The position numbers and the translations under genes are program-made. Below are positions 35,987 to 45,534 of a DNA stretch of 64,000 bases, one piece after another. The DNA is taken from NCBI GenBank assembly GCA_025812035.1, contig GCA_025812035.1_4719.1. One strand, given 5' to 3'. The stretch's first letter is position 1, and the number at the start of each line of letters is the position of its first letter. This DNA is from a phage. The notes beneath the pieces are model-generated. The model made no database searches and had not been told where the DNA came from. It worked only from the letters and a program-made list of their open reading frames with translations.

Positions 35987-38893
35987 ATGAACGATATAAA
36001 TAAAGGGCGCGTCGCCCTCGAACGTCAAATGAGCAATAATGACGTTGCGAAGGCACTCATGAACAAATTTGTCGCTCCTGCCCCGCAGTCACGTCTTTAT
36101 AATACACGTGAGGCGGAAGGAGGGAACGGTCGTTTCGGGTTAGTTGTTCCCGACCAGATGACGATGAACACGGTTACGCGTGCGACAGCGACAAACATCG
36201 AGGATAATAAAAACATTCTCGAGTTGTTCCCTGAACTTAAACGCGTGATGCAGATCTATGTTGCCGCGTTGACGAACCCTAACGATCTTAAGACGGTCGA
36301 GATGTTTATCGATAGCGAAGATTTCCCCGGCAGAGTCGCAGAAATCGTTCAGCCGATGATCGATACCATCGACACGCATTTTAAGAATATCTATAAAATA
36401 AAGACGCTTATCCCTCGTATCATCGAAGACGTCTTCTTTATCAAGGGTAGTTATAACTTCGTTGTTCTGCCCGAAAGTACGCTCGATCGTGCTATTAACG
36501 GTAACGGCCAACTGAAACTTGAAGAATACGGATTCAGAGATAACCATTTTGCAAGTTGGGGGCTTTTAGGTAACGATAGTCGCAAGCGTCAAGAAAACCA
36601 ACTGCCCGCGACGGTTTCGATGGAAGATTATTTCTCAGGCGTTAACGAAACCTTATCGTACGATCCGGTTGTTCGTATAGACAGCATTAAGTTTACCAAT
36701 ACCCTGCTTCGTGATAAGGATGGTAAATTCATTGAAGCGAAGATCGATATTCCGGATATGGTTACGGTTGTCGATAACCCGGATATCCTCCGCATGCCCA
36801 TTTTGCATCAGCGTCGAGCAGCGACAGCGGTGCAACGTGCGTTACGTGCAAACACATTAGGAGGTAGTGGTCTGGTAACGCTGTCTGGTGATCCGACTCA
36901 AACCGCAAACCGGCGTGAGCTGACGCAAGAACAGGTTAACGAGATCTGGAATAAACTCAACATCCAGCGTCATACCAAGGTATCTCCCGTTTACGCGTTG
37001 GCAACCCCAGATACGCTTGACCGTCAAAGCGTTGGTCACCCCGGCGTGATGCATGTACCGCCTGAGGCATTAGAACCAGTACATGCGCCAGGTGATCCGG
37101 AGAACCATATCGGGTATTTAGTTCAGTTGGATGAGTTTGGTTATCCGGTGCGTTTGGTTGAAGATGCGGCGTATTACAAGCAGTTGGAAGGTCGGTTGTC
37201 GAAGATCACCGCGGATATCGCAGGTACTTCAAGCAATGGCATGGCGAGCGAGATGATTGGTGCGGCCAAGAACATGGTCCAAGGTACGTCATGTAATCAG
37301 GTAGACATGTCGGCCTTCGTATCATCGTACGAATCACTGATGCAACGCTACATCGTTGAACGTATTGTCAACGGTTATCTAGGTAGTGCAGTGGAGATCG
37401 GTGCGACATCATCGTTTTACCTATCGATGCTTGCTCGTAGTCTCGCCCACAAGCAGACTCGTGTTTTGTTTATTCCTCGAGAGATGGTTACATACATCGC
37501 TTATGAATACAACAAATACGGTATCGGCCGTTCGTTGCTTGAAAGCACGAAGATGATCTCGTCACAACGCGCCATGCTCATGGTTCAGGAACTGATGGCG
37601 AAAATCAAGAGTTCGTTGAACTACACAACGCTAAGTGTAATGCTTGAAGACACCGACAGAAACCCGGTCGATACCGTCGAACAAGCGTTACATAGCTTCG
37701 CTCGTGTTTACCAGTCTGGTTTCCCACTGGGTGAAACTAACCCAATGGATATCATCAATGCGTACGAACGAAGCTCGATTCGATTGAAGGTCGAGGGGAA
37801 TAACCCACGTTTCCCGAAATTGAATACCGATGTTAGCGTCGAGCAGCGTAACTATCAGTCCCCTGATAATGAATTGATGGATCGTTACCGTCGTGACCAT
37901 TTCATGGGTCTGGGTGTTTCTCCAGAGATCGTTGATACTTCTTACCAATCTGAATTCGCAGCTTCTGTGATTACAGCTAACGCGATGCAAGAGAAACAGT
38001 TCACGGTTTGTCGTGAGGTTATCGTGAATGGGTTAACCGATCACATCAAGAAGTACACGGCTTACAGTCCTGTACTGCTGACGTCGCTGCGAAACACGGT
38101 TCGTGCGAACATGTCTAAGCTCTCCCAAGCACAATTGAAGCAGCTTTTTGGTAGCGATTTCGAAAACGGTGTCATTCGTAACGTTAACGCTTACCAGGAG
38201 ATCGATGACCAGTCAGCAACGATGGATCTGGATTACTCTAAACCAGAAGTTCAGGAAGTTATTGCCGATGCTTACGTATCCATGTTCTTAAACAGTCTGC
38301 AGGTACGTTTACCGGATAGCAATGCTCGCCGCCTTGAAGATCAGGTGCGGGAATATAATCAGTACAAGGAAGCGATTACCGCACAACTTGATGATTATTT
38401 AACGCCTGATTACGTTATGGGTCTGGGTGGAGTCGATGAAACAACATTGCAGATGATTCGTGCGTGCATTATCGGTACTGCAATGCGTACTTGGGCAAAA
38501 GAGAACAACTTCAATCAGGAGTTAGCGGATCTCTTCAGTCTCGATGATAAGAAGAATGCCGTGCAAGATTGGAAACGTGCATCCATGGAACATATCGAAA
38601 TCATGGGTAAATGCATGGGTGATTTTGCACTGTATATTCAGAATCTGACGAAGAAGATTGAAGAGAAGATGGGAGATCAAGCGCAGGACGGTAGCGTTTC
38701 ATCTGATGGCTCTTGGTCGTCTGATTCAAGTAGCGATACAGGTTCTTCTGATGACTTCGGTGGTGATGATTTCGGGGATACCGATTTCGATACCGAAACG
38801 GTGGAGGAAACCTCAACAGAGGAGACAACTACGTCTGAGGATACGACTACCGACACAACGTCGGAAGACGAGACTTCAGGTGATATTGTCTAA
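35987..38893 (+). CDS. large protein (968 aa) with acidic Ser/Thr/Asp-rich C-terminal tail
   Basis: SD AAGGAG and a long ORF. The last ~70 aa are low-complexity, S/D/T/E-rich. Confidence 0.65.
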   Translation: MNDINKGRVALERQMSNNDVAKALMNKFVAPAPQSRLYNTREAEGGNGRFGLVVPDQMTMNTVTRATATNIEDNKNILELFPELKRVMQIYVAALTNPNDLKTVEMFIDSEDFPGRVAEIVQPMIDTIDTHFKNIYKIKTLIPRIIEDVFFIKGSYNFVVLPESTLDRAINGNGQLKLEEYGFRDNHFASWGLLGNDSRKRQENQLPATVSMEDYFSGVNETLSYDPVVRIDSIKFTNTLLRDKDGKFIEAKIDIPDMVTVVDNPDILRMPILHQRRAATAVQRALRANTLGGSGLVTLSGDPTQTANRRELTQEQVNEIWNKLNIQRHTKVSPVYALATPDTLDRQSVGHPGVMHVPPEALEPVHAPGDPENHIGYLVQLDEFGYPVRLVEDAAYYKQLEGRLSKITADIAGTSSNGMASEMIGAAKNMVQGTSCNQVDMSAFVSSYESLMQRYIVERIVNGYLGSAVEIGATSSFYLSMLARSLAHKQTRVLFIPREMVTYIAYEYNKYGIGRSLLESTKMISSQRAMLMVQELMAKIKSSLNYTTLSVMLEDTDRNPVDTVEQALHSFARVYQSGFPLGETNPMDIINAYERSSIRLKVEGNNPRFPKLNTDVSVEQRNYQSPDNELMDRYRRDHFMGLGVSPEIVDTSYQSEFAASVITANAMQEKQFTVCREVIVNGLTDHIKKYTAYSPVLLTSLRNTVRANMSKLSQAQLKQLFGSDFENGVIRNVNAYQEIDDQSATMDLDYSKPEVQEVIADAYVSMFLNSLQVRLPDSNARRLEDQVREYNQYKEAITAQLDDYLTPDYVMGLGGVDETTLQMIRACIIGTAMRTWAKENNFNQELADLFSLDDKKNAVQDWKRASMEHIEIMGKCMGDFALYIQNLTKKIEEKMGDQAQDGSVSSDGSWSSDSSSDTGSSDDFGGDDFGDTDFDTETVEETSTEETTTSEDTTTDTTSEDETSGDIV

Positions 38894-38923
38894 ACGGATG
38901 TAAAAAAAATAACACATAGTTAA

Positions 38924-38958
38924 CCTTCTCCCCAACCCGATGAGGGAAGGGGAGAAGG
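38924..38958. terminator. conserved two-tier GC hairpin (family copy 7)
   Basis: CCTTCTCCCC-AACCCGATGAGGGAA-GGGGAGAAGG at a convergent junction. Confidence 0.5.
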
Positions 38959-38975
38959 GCTATGCGCTATTTAAT

Positions 38976-39281
38976 TTATTTCGAGGTTAACCACGATTCA
39001 ATTGCGGTGAGGTTGCATTTCAGTTCACGCCAACTAGGGTGTGGTGGGATCACAGCACCTTTGTCGATTATGGTTAGCTGAACCTGGTACTTCTGTTGCA
39101 TACGCGCTACCGTATCGCTTGCCGAGAGGAAAAGCTGGTAACGTTCGTACGCCGTCAGTTCGCGGTCCTGATAAACCGCGTAGGTGGCTAACGTAACTTC
39201 GCGTAAGTCCTTTGCGTCCACAGAGACGGTGATGAGTTTATATTGACTCATACGGTTTCCTTTGCAACTAGGGTATTGCAA
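38976..39281 (-). CDS. hypothetical protein (101 aa)
   Basis: ORF. Confidence 0.5.
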   Translation of the reverse strand: MQYPSCKGNRMSQYKLITVSVDAKDLREVTLATYAVYQDRELTAYERYQLFLSASDTVARMQQKYQVQLTIIDKGAVIPPHPSWRELKCNLTAIESWLTSK

Positions 39282-39313
39282 ACGACAATACCCATCATCG
39301 GATGATAACTTAA

Positions 39314-41857
39314 TTACTGCTCTTCACGTTCCAACAGATACTCGGAAGCGGTAATACCATTTACCGTACGTACTGCTTTCAGACGAGTATCATCGTTCAG
39401 AATCACGGTAACAGACTGTAGACCTTTTACTTTGGTCTCGAAGGTCTTGAACACCTGATCCAGCATACGAGCAATGCTTGGGTTGGTTGCAGCTGACGCG
39501 TGAGTGTAACCGCTCTGGTTCAGATTCAGAATCTTGGCATTGGTCGGTACGCGAACAACAACATGCGGACGCATAGCGAACACGCTGTGATTGAACCAGT
39601 AAGCATCGTTGCTGTCTTCGTCAGTGACGATGTCTGGATTAACACGCATATCCTCAACAGCCGCATCAGCCAAACGACGTTCGATTTCGTCAGCGTCCAG
39701 AGAGCCATCTTTCTCCAGTTCTGCACGATACTCACTCATGGCAACCAAATGACGTTCACGATTCACCGTAGATTTTTCGTGAGCGACTTTCAGGTAGTCA
39801 TGCATGTTGTACAGTTCTGCCATAGACAGACGAATGTTCCACTGACCATCACCGTCACGGTTGCAGTAGAGACACTTCAGCATGTTGACCCAGGTATGGT
39901 AGCAATTGGAGAACTCATCTTCAATAAACTTCTGATCCATTTTAAGATCGTGAATCAGCCAGCCGGACAGTTCTCCGATATCATCAACGAAGCTAGAGAT
40001 GGTGGTTTCAGAGAAGTCCTTCGGTACGATACGTTTGATCAACTTGTTGACGTCTTTGGTCATGCTATCGTTCAGGAAATGCCAAATACGCAGAGGAATG
40101 ACATCTCGATACTGTTGCATGATCTGACGATAAGCCGCAATATCGTCGCTACGACCTTTATCAATAGACAACGCATCCAGGAATTCATGGATAGCATCCA
40201 GCTCTTTGTCGGTATAAGTTCCCAGATAGGAATTGACCGTGGCAAGGAATGCTAATGCGTCGTTTTGGTTGACGTCGGTGTTGGTCTGCTGGATGATCGC
40301 CACAGCAGCTTTGGTTTCAGCATCCTCAACGCTCGATGCTGCGATCGCATCGGTAACGGTAAACAGTTTCATTTCGCGTTGTTCGCCGACAACGATTGGT
40401 TCACGTTGAACCGGTTTGTTGAGGCTAACGCGGACAACCTCCGATTGCGCGATGCGGTCCAGTTTTATCATTTCCTGCTCTGCCATACGACGAGCGGTTG
40501 GATCTGATTCAAGTTCGATGTATTCCACTTCTTCCTCCGTGAGGGATGTAATGTCAACAATGGTTTCATGAAGAATTCCGTTTTCGTCGATACGTGCTCG
40601 ACGAGCGAAGTGCCTGAAGTCATACAACGTTGGCCAGCGACAATTAGGTGCGTAGTCTTTGGCCTTCAGACGCATCTGCATAAATTCTTCATGTTGAACA
40701 ACACGACCGTAACGCTTAGCATCTTCGGTCGCATCAATGGGATTAACGGTCTTTGTTGCCGTAGCGGAACGAACCGTACGGATGGGTTCCGGTTTAGTCT
40801 GCACAGGTTCAGGTTGAACAGGTTTCTGCTGTCCAGACTTAACATGCCATTCGGGTTCTTCGTACCGTTCAGCGAACTGTTCGGCTGCTGCAAAGATATC
40901 GTTGATACCACCGACGTCTCCTTCGGGATTCGTCGAGTAGATACGTGGTTGTGGTGCCTCGTAACGCGGCGCTGTGGTAGCAGGTGCATCATCAACGATA
41001 GGATCATCACCAACATCATACAAACGGTTGAACGCACAATCCTTCGAATCAATGTACGATGGAGCTTGTGGTTGAACAACCGTCGGTCGAGGTTGTGCGC
41101 CGTATCCTGGCATCGTTGGAGCCATACCACGCATAACCGCTGGACTCGGTTGGTATTGCGGTTGCGGATAGGTTCCATATGCAGGTTGCTGCGGTTGACC
41201 GTACCCGGTGCTGGCCATCGCATTTGCTTGTGGTCCGCGATACGTCATTCCCATCTGCATCACCTGTTGCTTCAAACCACGCGATTTTTGCGCGATTTGC
41301 GCCAGGCTCCCGTTTTTATTGAGCTGTGTATACTTATTCGCGGCTTCCGGGTTAACGCGTGATAACTCAATCGCACGATAATACTCCGGGTATTGATTAG
41401 GTTCAAAGAGCCACGTTACAAGATGATACAGCGCAACCGTGCTCACGGCAGCAGTGACGATCTGGTCGGTGGACGCATTCTGCGGCATCGGGTTGATGTA
41501 AGAGAATACGTTCCAGCAGCAATCTTCAACAAGCGATTCCATCATCATATCGCTATTGGTATAACGCGCGACGAAATCGGTTTGTATCTTATCTTGCTGT
41601 GCGAAGTCTTTCAAGACGTTAAAGATAGCCTGACGGATTTTGACGATCGTTGCTTCTTGGGTGATGAAGTTATAGTTCTGCTGATACGCCGGTTGCTGGT
41701 ATTGTGGTGGTTGATAGGTGTTATTCGGGTATGGGTTGTACGGCGGTTGCTGGTATTGTTGCTGACGTACCTGCTCCGCGGCATAATTAATCGTGCTCGC
41801 ATAAGGGTTTTCGCTATAGCCCATTTGCTGGTACATGTTGTTACTACCATTATACAT
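39314..41857 (-). CDS. large protein (847 aa) with Q/Y/P/N-rich prion-like low-complexity domains
   Basis: N-terminal region is QQ/PY-rich; a second Q/P/Y-rich stretch lies near residue 190. The remainder is a normal globular sequence. Confidence 0.65.
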   Translation of the reverse strand: MYNGSNNMYQQMGYSENPYASTINYAAEQVRQQQYQQPPYNPYPNNTYQPPQYQQPAYQQNYNFITQEATIVKIRQAIFNVLKDFAQQDKIQTDFVARYTNSDMMMESLVEDCCWNVFSYINPMPQNASTDQIVTAAVSTVALYHLVTWLFEPNQYPEYYRAIELSRVNPEAANKYTQLNKNGSLAQIAQKSRGLKQQVMQMGMTYRGPQANAMASTGYGQPQQPAYGTYPQPQYQPSPAVMRGMAPTMPGYGAQPRPTVVQPQAPSYIDSKDCAFNRLYDVGDDPIVDDAPATTAPRYEAPQPRIYSTNPEGDVGGINDIFAAAEQFAERYEEPEWHVKSGQQKPVQPEPVQTKPEPIRTVRSATATKTVNPIDATEDAKRYGRVVQHEEFMQMRLKAKDYAPNCRWPTLYDFRHFARRARIDENGILHETIVDITSLTEEEVEYIELESDPTARRMAEQEMIKLDRIAQSEVVRVSLNKPVQREPIVVGEQREMKLFTVTDAIAASSVEDAETKAAVAIIQQTNTDVNQNDALAFLATVNSYLGTYTDKELDAIHEFLDALSIDKGRSDDIAAYRQIMQQYRDVIPLRIWHFLNDSMTKDVNKLIKRIVPKDFSETTISSFVDDIGELSGWLIHDLKMDQKFIEDEFSNCYHTWVNMLKCLYCNRDGDGQWNIRLSMAELYNMHDYLKVAHEKSTVNRERHLVAMSEYRAELEKDGSLDADEIERRLADAAVEDMRVNPDIVTDEDSNDAYWFNHSVFAMRPHVVVRVPTNAKILNLNQSGYTHASAATNPSIARMLDQVFKTFETKVKGLQSVTVILNDDTRLKAVRTVNGITASEYLLEREEQ

Positions 41858-41891
41858 TTCTTACGATCCTTTTTATTTATTCGGTTATGTG

Positions 41892-43691
41892 TCAATCGAT
41901 TATGTCACGATCGTTAATTTCTACAATTTCTTCATCGAATCGACCGACGTCTTTCTTCAAGCCTGCATTTGTTGCTGCAACGTCATTTGCAATTTGTGGG
42001 GTAACGATTAACCGACCACGCTCGTCGATAGGTGCGTACATACTGAACTTCTGACGTCCGGTTGGTTCGGAGTGTGGAAGATTCAGATAGCTCGCACAGA
42101 ACGGGATGGAACCACTAACCAAACGACTCTCGTCAGCCAACGCAGCACCGCCTGCGTTTTGGCTCTGGAGAACAACATGCGTGCTCACTTTGAACAGCAT
42201 GCAATCACCCGGTGACTGAATCGATGTTGCCACTTTCTCACGCTTATCACGATTGCTCTGGATATTGAGAATCGCTTCTGTTGCAACTTGATTTCGCAAC
42301 GCCTTCTGTACATCGCGATTGGTCATCTCTTTACGGTTGTTCTGTCGTTTACCACGTTCTGTGGTTTTAAGATGGAACCCCAGTTTAAAGATGCTCTTAC
42401 GCACATCCTCCATGACATATTCCAACACCATCAATTCCTTACCGAACATCGTCGTGGTATCAACACGACTCATTTCGATAGTAACATTGTCAATCAGATA
42501 CGCCATAAATTCGTAGAAGTCATCGCAAGGAATATTTTCCTGTTTGAACTTCTTCTGCTGAATTTCGTCGACGTAAAGATCAAGGCTATCGATGTGGTGG
42601 TTTACATCACGCAACAAACGCGCATCCGCGTTGTTGTTATTAAAGATAATCAAACCGAGTAATGTACGCCAATGGTCTGGCGCATTAGCGAACTCTTCAA
42701 CCGGATAGTCTTCCGGAAAACGATCGTAATAGCGGTCGATGAGATACAAGAACGCACCGACAAGGCCAAGAACAATACGTTCCGTGCCTCCACGTCTTAC
42801 AGCAATTTGAATATCAGGATGTTTATAACGTACAGCGTTAGCGCTACGGCTTTTACCGCTCTTACTAATACTAAAGCCTTTAGGAATAACCCCCATGGTG
42901 CGATAGATTACCCATTGGTCGCGCGGAAAATCGCGTTCAGCAAGATTCCGTCCGGTTACCGCTTCGACACCCGCGAAACGTCGGAAACATTCACCTACCC
43001 CGTACTTCGCAAAGAGATAGTGACCCAATGTGGTTACACTGGTGTGGTTGATGTTGTCACCGTTCACTTTACTTTGTTTGGTAAGATGATAGATTTGCGA
43101 CCAGGGTAACGATAGATAGTGACGATAATCGACACCGGTTGGAGTATCATTACTCAGGAACTGATACGGCGTACGTTTAACTGTGATTTTGTCACGCGGA
43201 AGCATGATGAACGCCATGTCTTTCGTGTAACTGATTACAGGGTCAGCGAGTACCGCACTGAGAATAAAGTTTGCACCACGTAGACGCATTTTACCACCCT
43301 GCCCTACTGCGGGTAATAGGAGAGGGTGTCGGATAATGCAGTAGTCCTTTCCTGGTTCACGACGGTCACCTGATTCCATCGCGCCATACCAGCGGAATTC
43401 TAACATCACCATAAACACATCGGACGGCGCAAGGTCAAAGGTCAGCTTACCGCTATCCTTCCCTTTGGTTTTCTTTCCTCCGCTTAAGTAGTGAAACTGT
43501 TCGCGGGCCACACAACGACGTAGGCCATGATACACCAGATCCTTAGGTAAACTATCTTTGCTGTTCCGCCAAAGACGATCAACATAGGACTCAACATCTT
43601 GCATCTTATCGACGACGATGTTGCGCGCTATCTTCTCGTTCATCTTCGGTGCAAGCCCAGCGACAGCTTTGCAGAATCTAGGATCCATCAC
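41892..43691 (-). CDS. hypothetical protein (599 aa)
   Basis: Long ORF. No motif recognised. Confidence 0.6.
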   Translation of the reverse strand: MMDPRFCKAVAGLAPKMNEKIARNIVVDKMQDVESYVDRLWRNSKDSLPKDLVYHGLRRCVAREQFHYLSGGKKTKGKDSGKLTFDLAPSDVFMVMLEFRWYGAMESGDRREPGKDYCIIRHPLLLPAVGQGGKMRLRGANFILSAVLADPVISYTKDMAFIMLPRDKITVKRTPYQFLSNDTPTGVDYRHYLSLPWSQIYHLTKQSKVNGDNINHTSVTTLGHYLFAKYGVGECFRRFAGVEAVTGRNLAERDFPRDQWVIYRTMGVIPKGFSISKSGKSRSANAVRYKHPDIQIAVRRGGTERIVLGLVGAFLYLIDRYYDRFPEDYPVEEFANAPDHWRTLLGLIIFNNNNADARLLRDVNHHIDSLDLYVDEIQQKKFKQENIPCDDFYEFMAYLIDNVTIEMSRVDTTTMFGKELMVLEYVMEDVRKSIFKLGFHLKTTERGKRQNNRKEMTNRDVQKALRNQVATEAILNIQSNRDKREKVATSIQSPGDCMLFKVSTHVVLQSQNAGGAALADESRLVSGSIPFCASYLNLPHSEPTGRQKFSMYAPIDERGRLIVTPQIANDVAATNAGLKKDVGRFDEEIVEINDRDIID

Positions 43692-43727
43692 ACACTCCTT
43701 TCAGAAAGTTGCTTAAGCAGATTAAAG

Positions 43728-45203
43728 TTACTTTTTCGATGAAGCTTTCTCAAGAATCTTGAAAAAGGTCATACCTATACCAACAACGGCCGCGGTTATA
43801 CTCGCAGCGGCTTTCCAGACATCGACGTTACGTTGACGTCGCGCTTCTTCCGCTTCGCGTTGTCTTTTTGCTTCATCATCACGACGGCGTAGCTCAGTTG
43901 TGAATTCATCGTGCTTACGTTTCGCGTCCTCGTCTCGGCGACGCATTTCAGCGATAAGCTCATCATGCTTACGTTTTGCCTCTTCATCACGACGTTTAAG
44001 TTCAGCTTGATGTTCTTCTCGTATTTGTTTACGAAGATCATCTTGACGTTTCATTTCGGCTTGGTGGTGTTCCATCCTACGTTCAGTATCGTCTTTAAGC
44101 TGTTTAACAATTTCCGCATGTTGCTTATTTTGTCGTTCCGCATCGGTTTTATACAATTCGTGTAATTGCTTTATTTCCGATGCGTGAGCGTCAGCCTGTC
44201 GTTTCATTTCGTTGGTATGATCGACCTGCAGTTGCTTTATTTCAGCCATCAGCCCTTTAAGGGTTTCTTCTGTTGACTTACGTTCATAGCTACGTTGGTC
44301 GAAATCATTTTTGTAGGCTTCTTTTTGGATGGGGTCGCGCCAATGCAATGCCGATTCACGTGTCGGAAAAACATTGTACTTCCACATCTCTTTTTCCAAA
44401 TCTTCGACCGGTACGAAGACGGAGTCATTATTCCCGAAGGTAACCAACATACCTGGCGCGCCTGCTCCATTCGTTGGTTTTATTTCGAACGCTTTTCCCA
44501 GAACGTTAACCCATAAGCTATACGGATTATGAAAGTCTGGTGGCGTCCAATGGATAGTGAGTTGCGTTCCGAGAATCCGGAAACCCTCTGTTTTTCCCGT
44601 CAAGCTTCGCGCACACGTTGCGATGTAGGGGTGATCAATCCCTTTCGTAACGTGGTCTGCGCTTTTGTATTCTCCTTTAACTTTTACGACTGCCACGTTG
44701 ATTTGCGCGACATAAATAGGTTGATTAAAGTTCAACGTGTTGAGGTCAATTTGGCATACTTCATCCAGCGTATCGTACCAGTCTTGCTGGTCTAATAGAC
44801 GCGGTATTTTCTCCGTGTTAACGATGCGACGGATATGCGGTTTCCTTATCGCGTAACCTGTGCCGTTTTTAACACGAAGTATATCCCGACGTCTACCCGC
44901 GTAGACGAAGTTTCTGAATGCACCATTCGCATTAGATACGTCATGGCTGTCAACTATTACAGGACTACGAAATTTTGAACGCCTTACGATCCTGAATGTA
45001 TTGCCGTCCTCAACCCTACCAGGAATGTACTGGAACATATTGTCGGAGGTGATAACCAACACGGTATGGTTGGATTCATTAATACACGCCCATCCTAATT
45101 CCAGGTCATATAACGGTTCAGCATAACCGTCAATGCGATATGCGTGCGTACCATCCCACGGTTCGAACGCGGTATCACATATTGGCATGGAGGGCATCGT
45201 CAA
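43728..45203 (-). CDS. tail-anchored membrane protein with charged coiled-coil repeats
   Basis: Globular N-terminal domain, about 150 aa of K/R/E/D-rich coiled coil including three 18-aa tandem repeats, then C-terminal hydrophobic anchor AAASITAAVVGIGMTFF. Confidence 0.65.
   Translation of the reverse strand: MTMPSMPICDTAFEPWDGTHAYRIDGYAEPLYDLELGWACINESNHTVLVITSDNMFQYIPGRVEDGNTFRIVRRSKFRSPVIVDSHDVSNANGAFRNFVYAGRRRDILRVKNGTGYAIRKPHIRRIVNTEKIPRLLDQQDWYDTLDEVCQIDLNTLNFNQPIYVAQINVAVVKVKGEYKSADHVTKGIDHPYIATCARSLTGKTEGFRILGTQLTIHWTPPDFHNPYSLWVNVLGKAFEIKPTNGAGAPGMLVTFGNNDSVFVPVEDLEKEMWKYNVFPTRESALHWRDPIQKEAYKNDFDQRSYERKSTEETLKGLMAEIKQLQVDHTNEMKRQADAHASEIKQLHELYKTDAERQNKQHAEIVKQLKDDTERRMEHHQAEMKRQDDLRKQIREEHQAELKRRDEEAKRKHDELIAEMRRRDEDAKRKHDEFTTELRRRDDEAKRQREAEEARRQRNVDVWKAAASITAAVVGIGMTFFKILEKASSKK
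43860..44020. repeat. three imperfect ~54-bp tandem repeats inside the 43728-45203 CDS
   Basis: Encode ELKRRDEEAKRKHDELIA / EMRRRDEDAKRKHDEFTT / ELRRRDDEAKRQREAEEA. Coordinates approximate. Confidence 0.5.
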
Positions 45204-45347
45204 CCTCCATCAGATTGAAAACTATCACGCATAATGCATTTCCCTTTTCTTGTTCTTATCGAGCCGACAGCCGACGGTTTCAGCATCGTTCCTAGCGCGA
45301 GAACGACCTTACGTGTTGTCTATGCCTTATTCATCGCAGGCGTCTGT

Positions 45348-45371
45348 CACCTAGGTAATGTAAGCGTCAAA
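45348..45371. promoter_or_regulatory. conserved 24-nt motif (copy 3; CACCTAGGTAATGTAAGCGTCAAA)
   Basis: Part of the ~90-bp cassette 45348-45437 with a family hairpin. Confidence 0.45.
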
Positions 45372-45403
45372 TTTTTTCTATTTGCAACGATAAACAGCAT
45401 AGA

Positions 45404-45437
45404 AGCCTCCCCCAACCCTTGCGGGCTGAGGGAGGCT
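45404..45437. terminator. conserved two-tier GC hairpin (family copy 8)
   Basis: AGCCTCCC ... GGGAGGCT, 3' of the 740-aa gene. Confidence 0.5.
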
Positions 45438-45534
45438 GACTTATGTATCACGGTGCCGGATGAATGTCCGGTGCAATGAAACCATCTGCAACGTTGTCGT
45501 CAAGAATATCATCCAACGAAGCAGCTACGGTAGT

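Noticed and set aside
39500-41362. Several 185-264-aa ORFs on both strands inside 39314-41857
   Set aside because: Generated by the Q/P-rich repetitive coding sequence. They have no independent RBS and their translations are compositionally biased.
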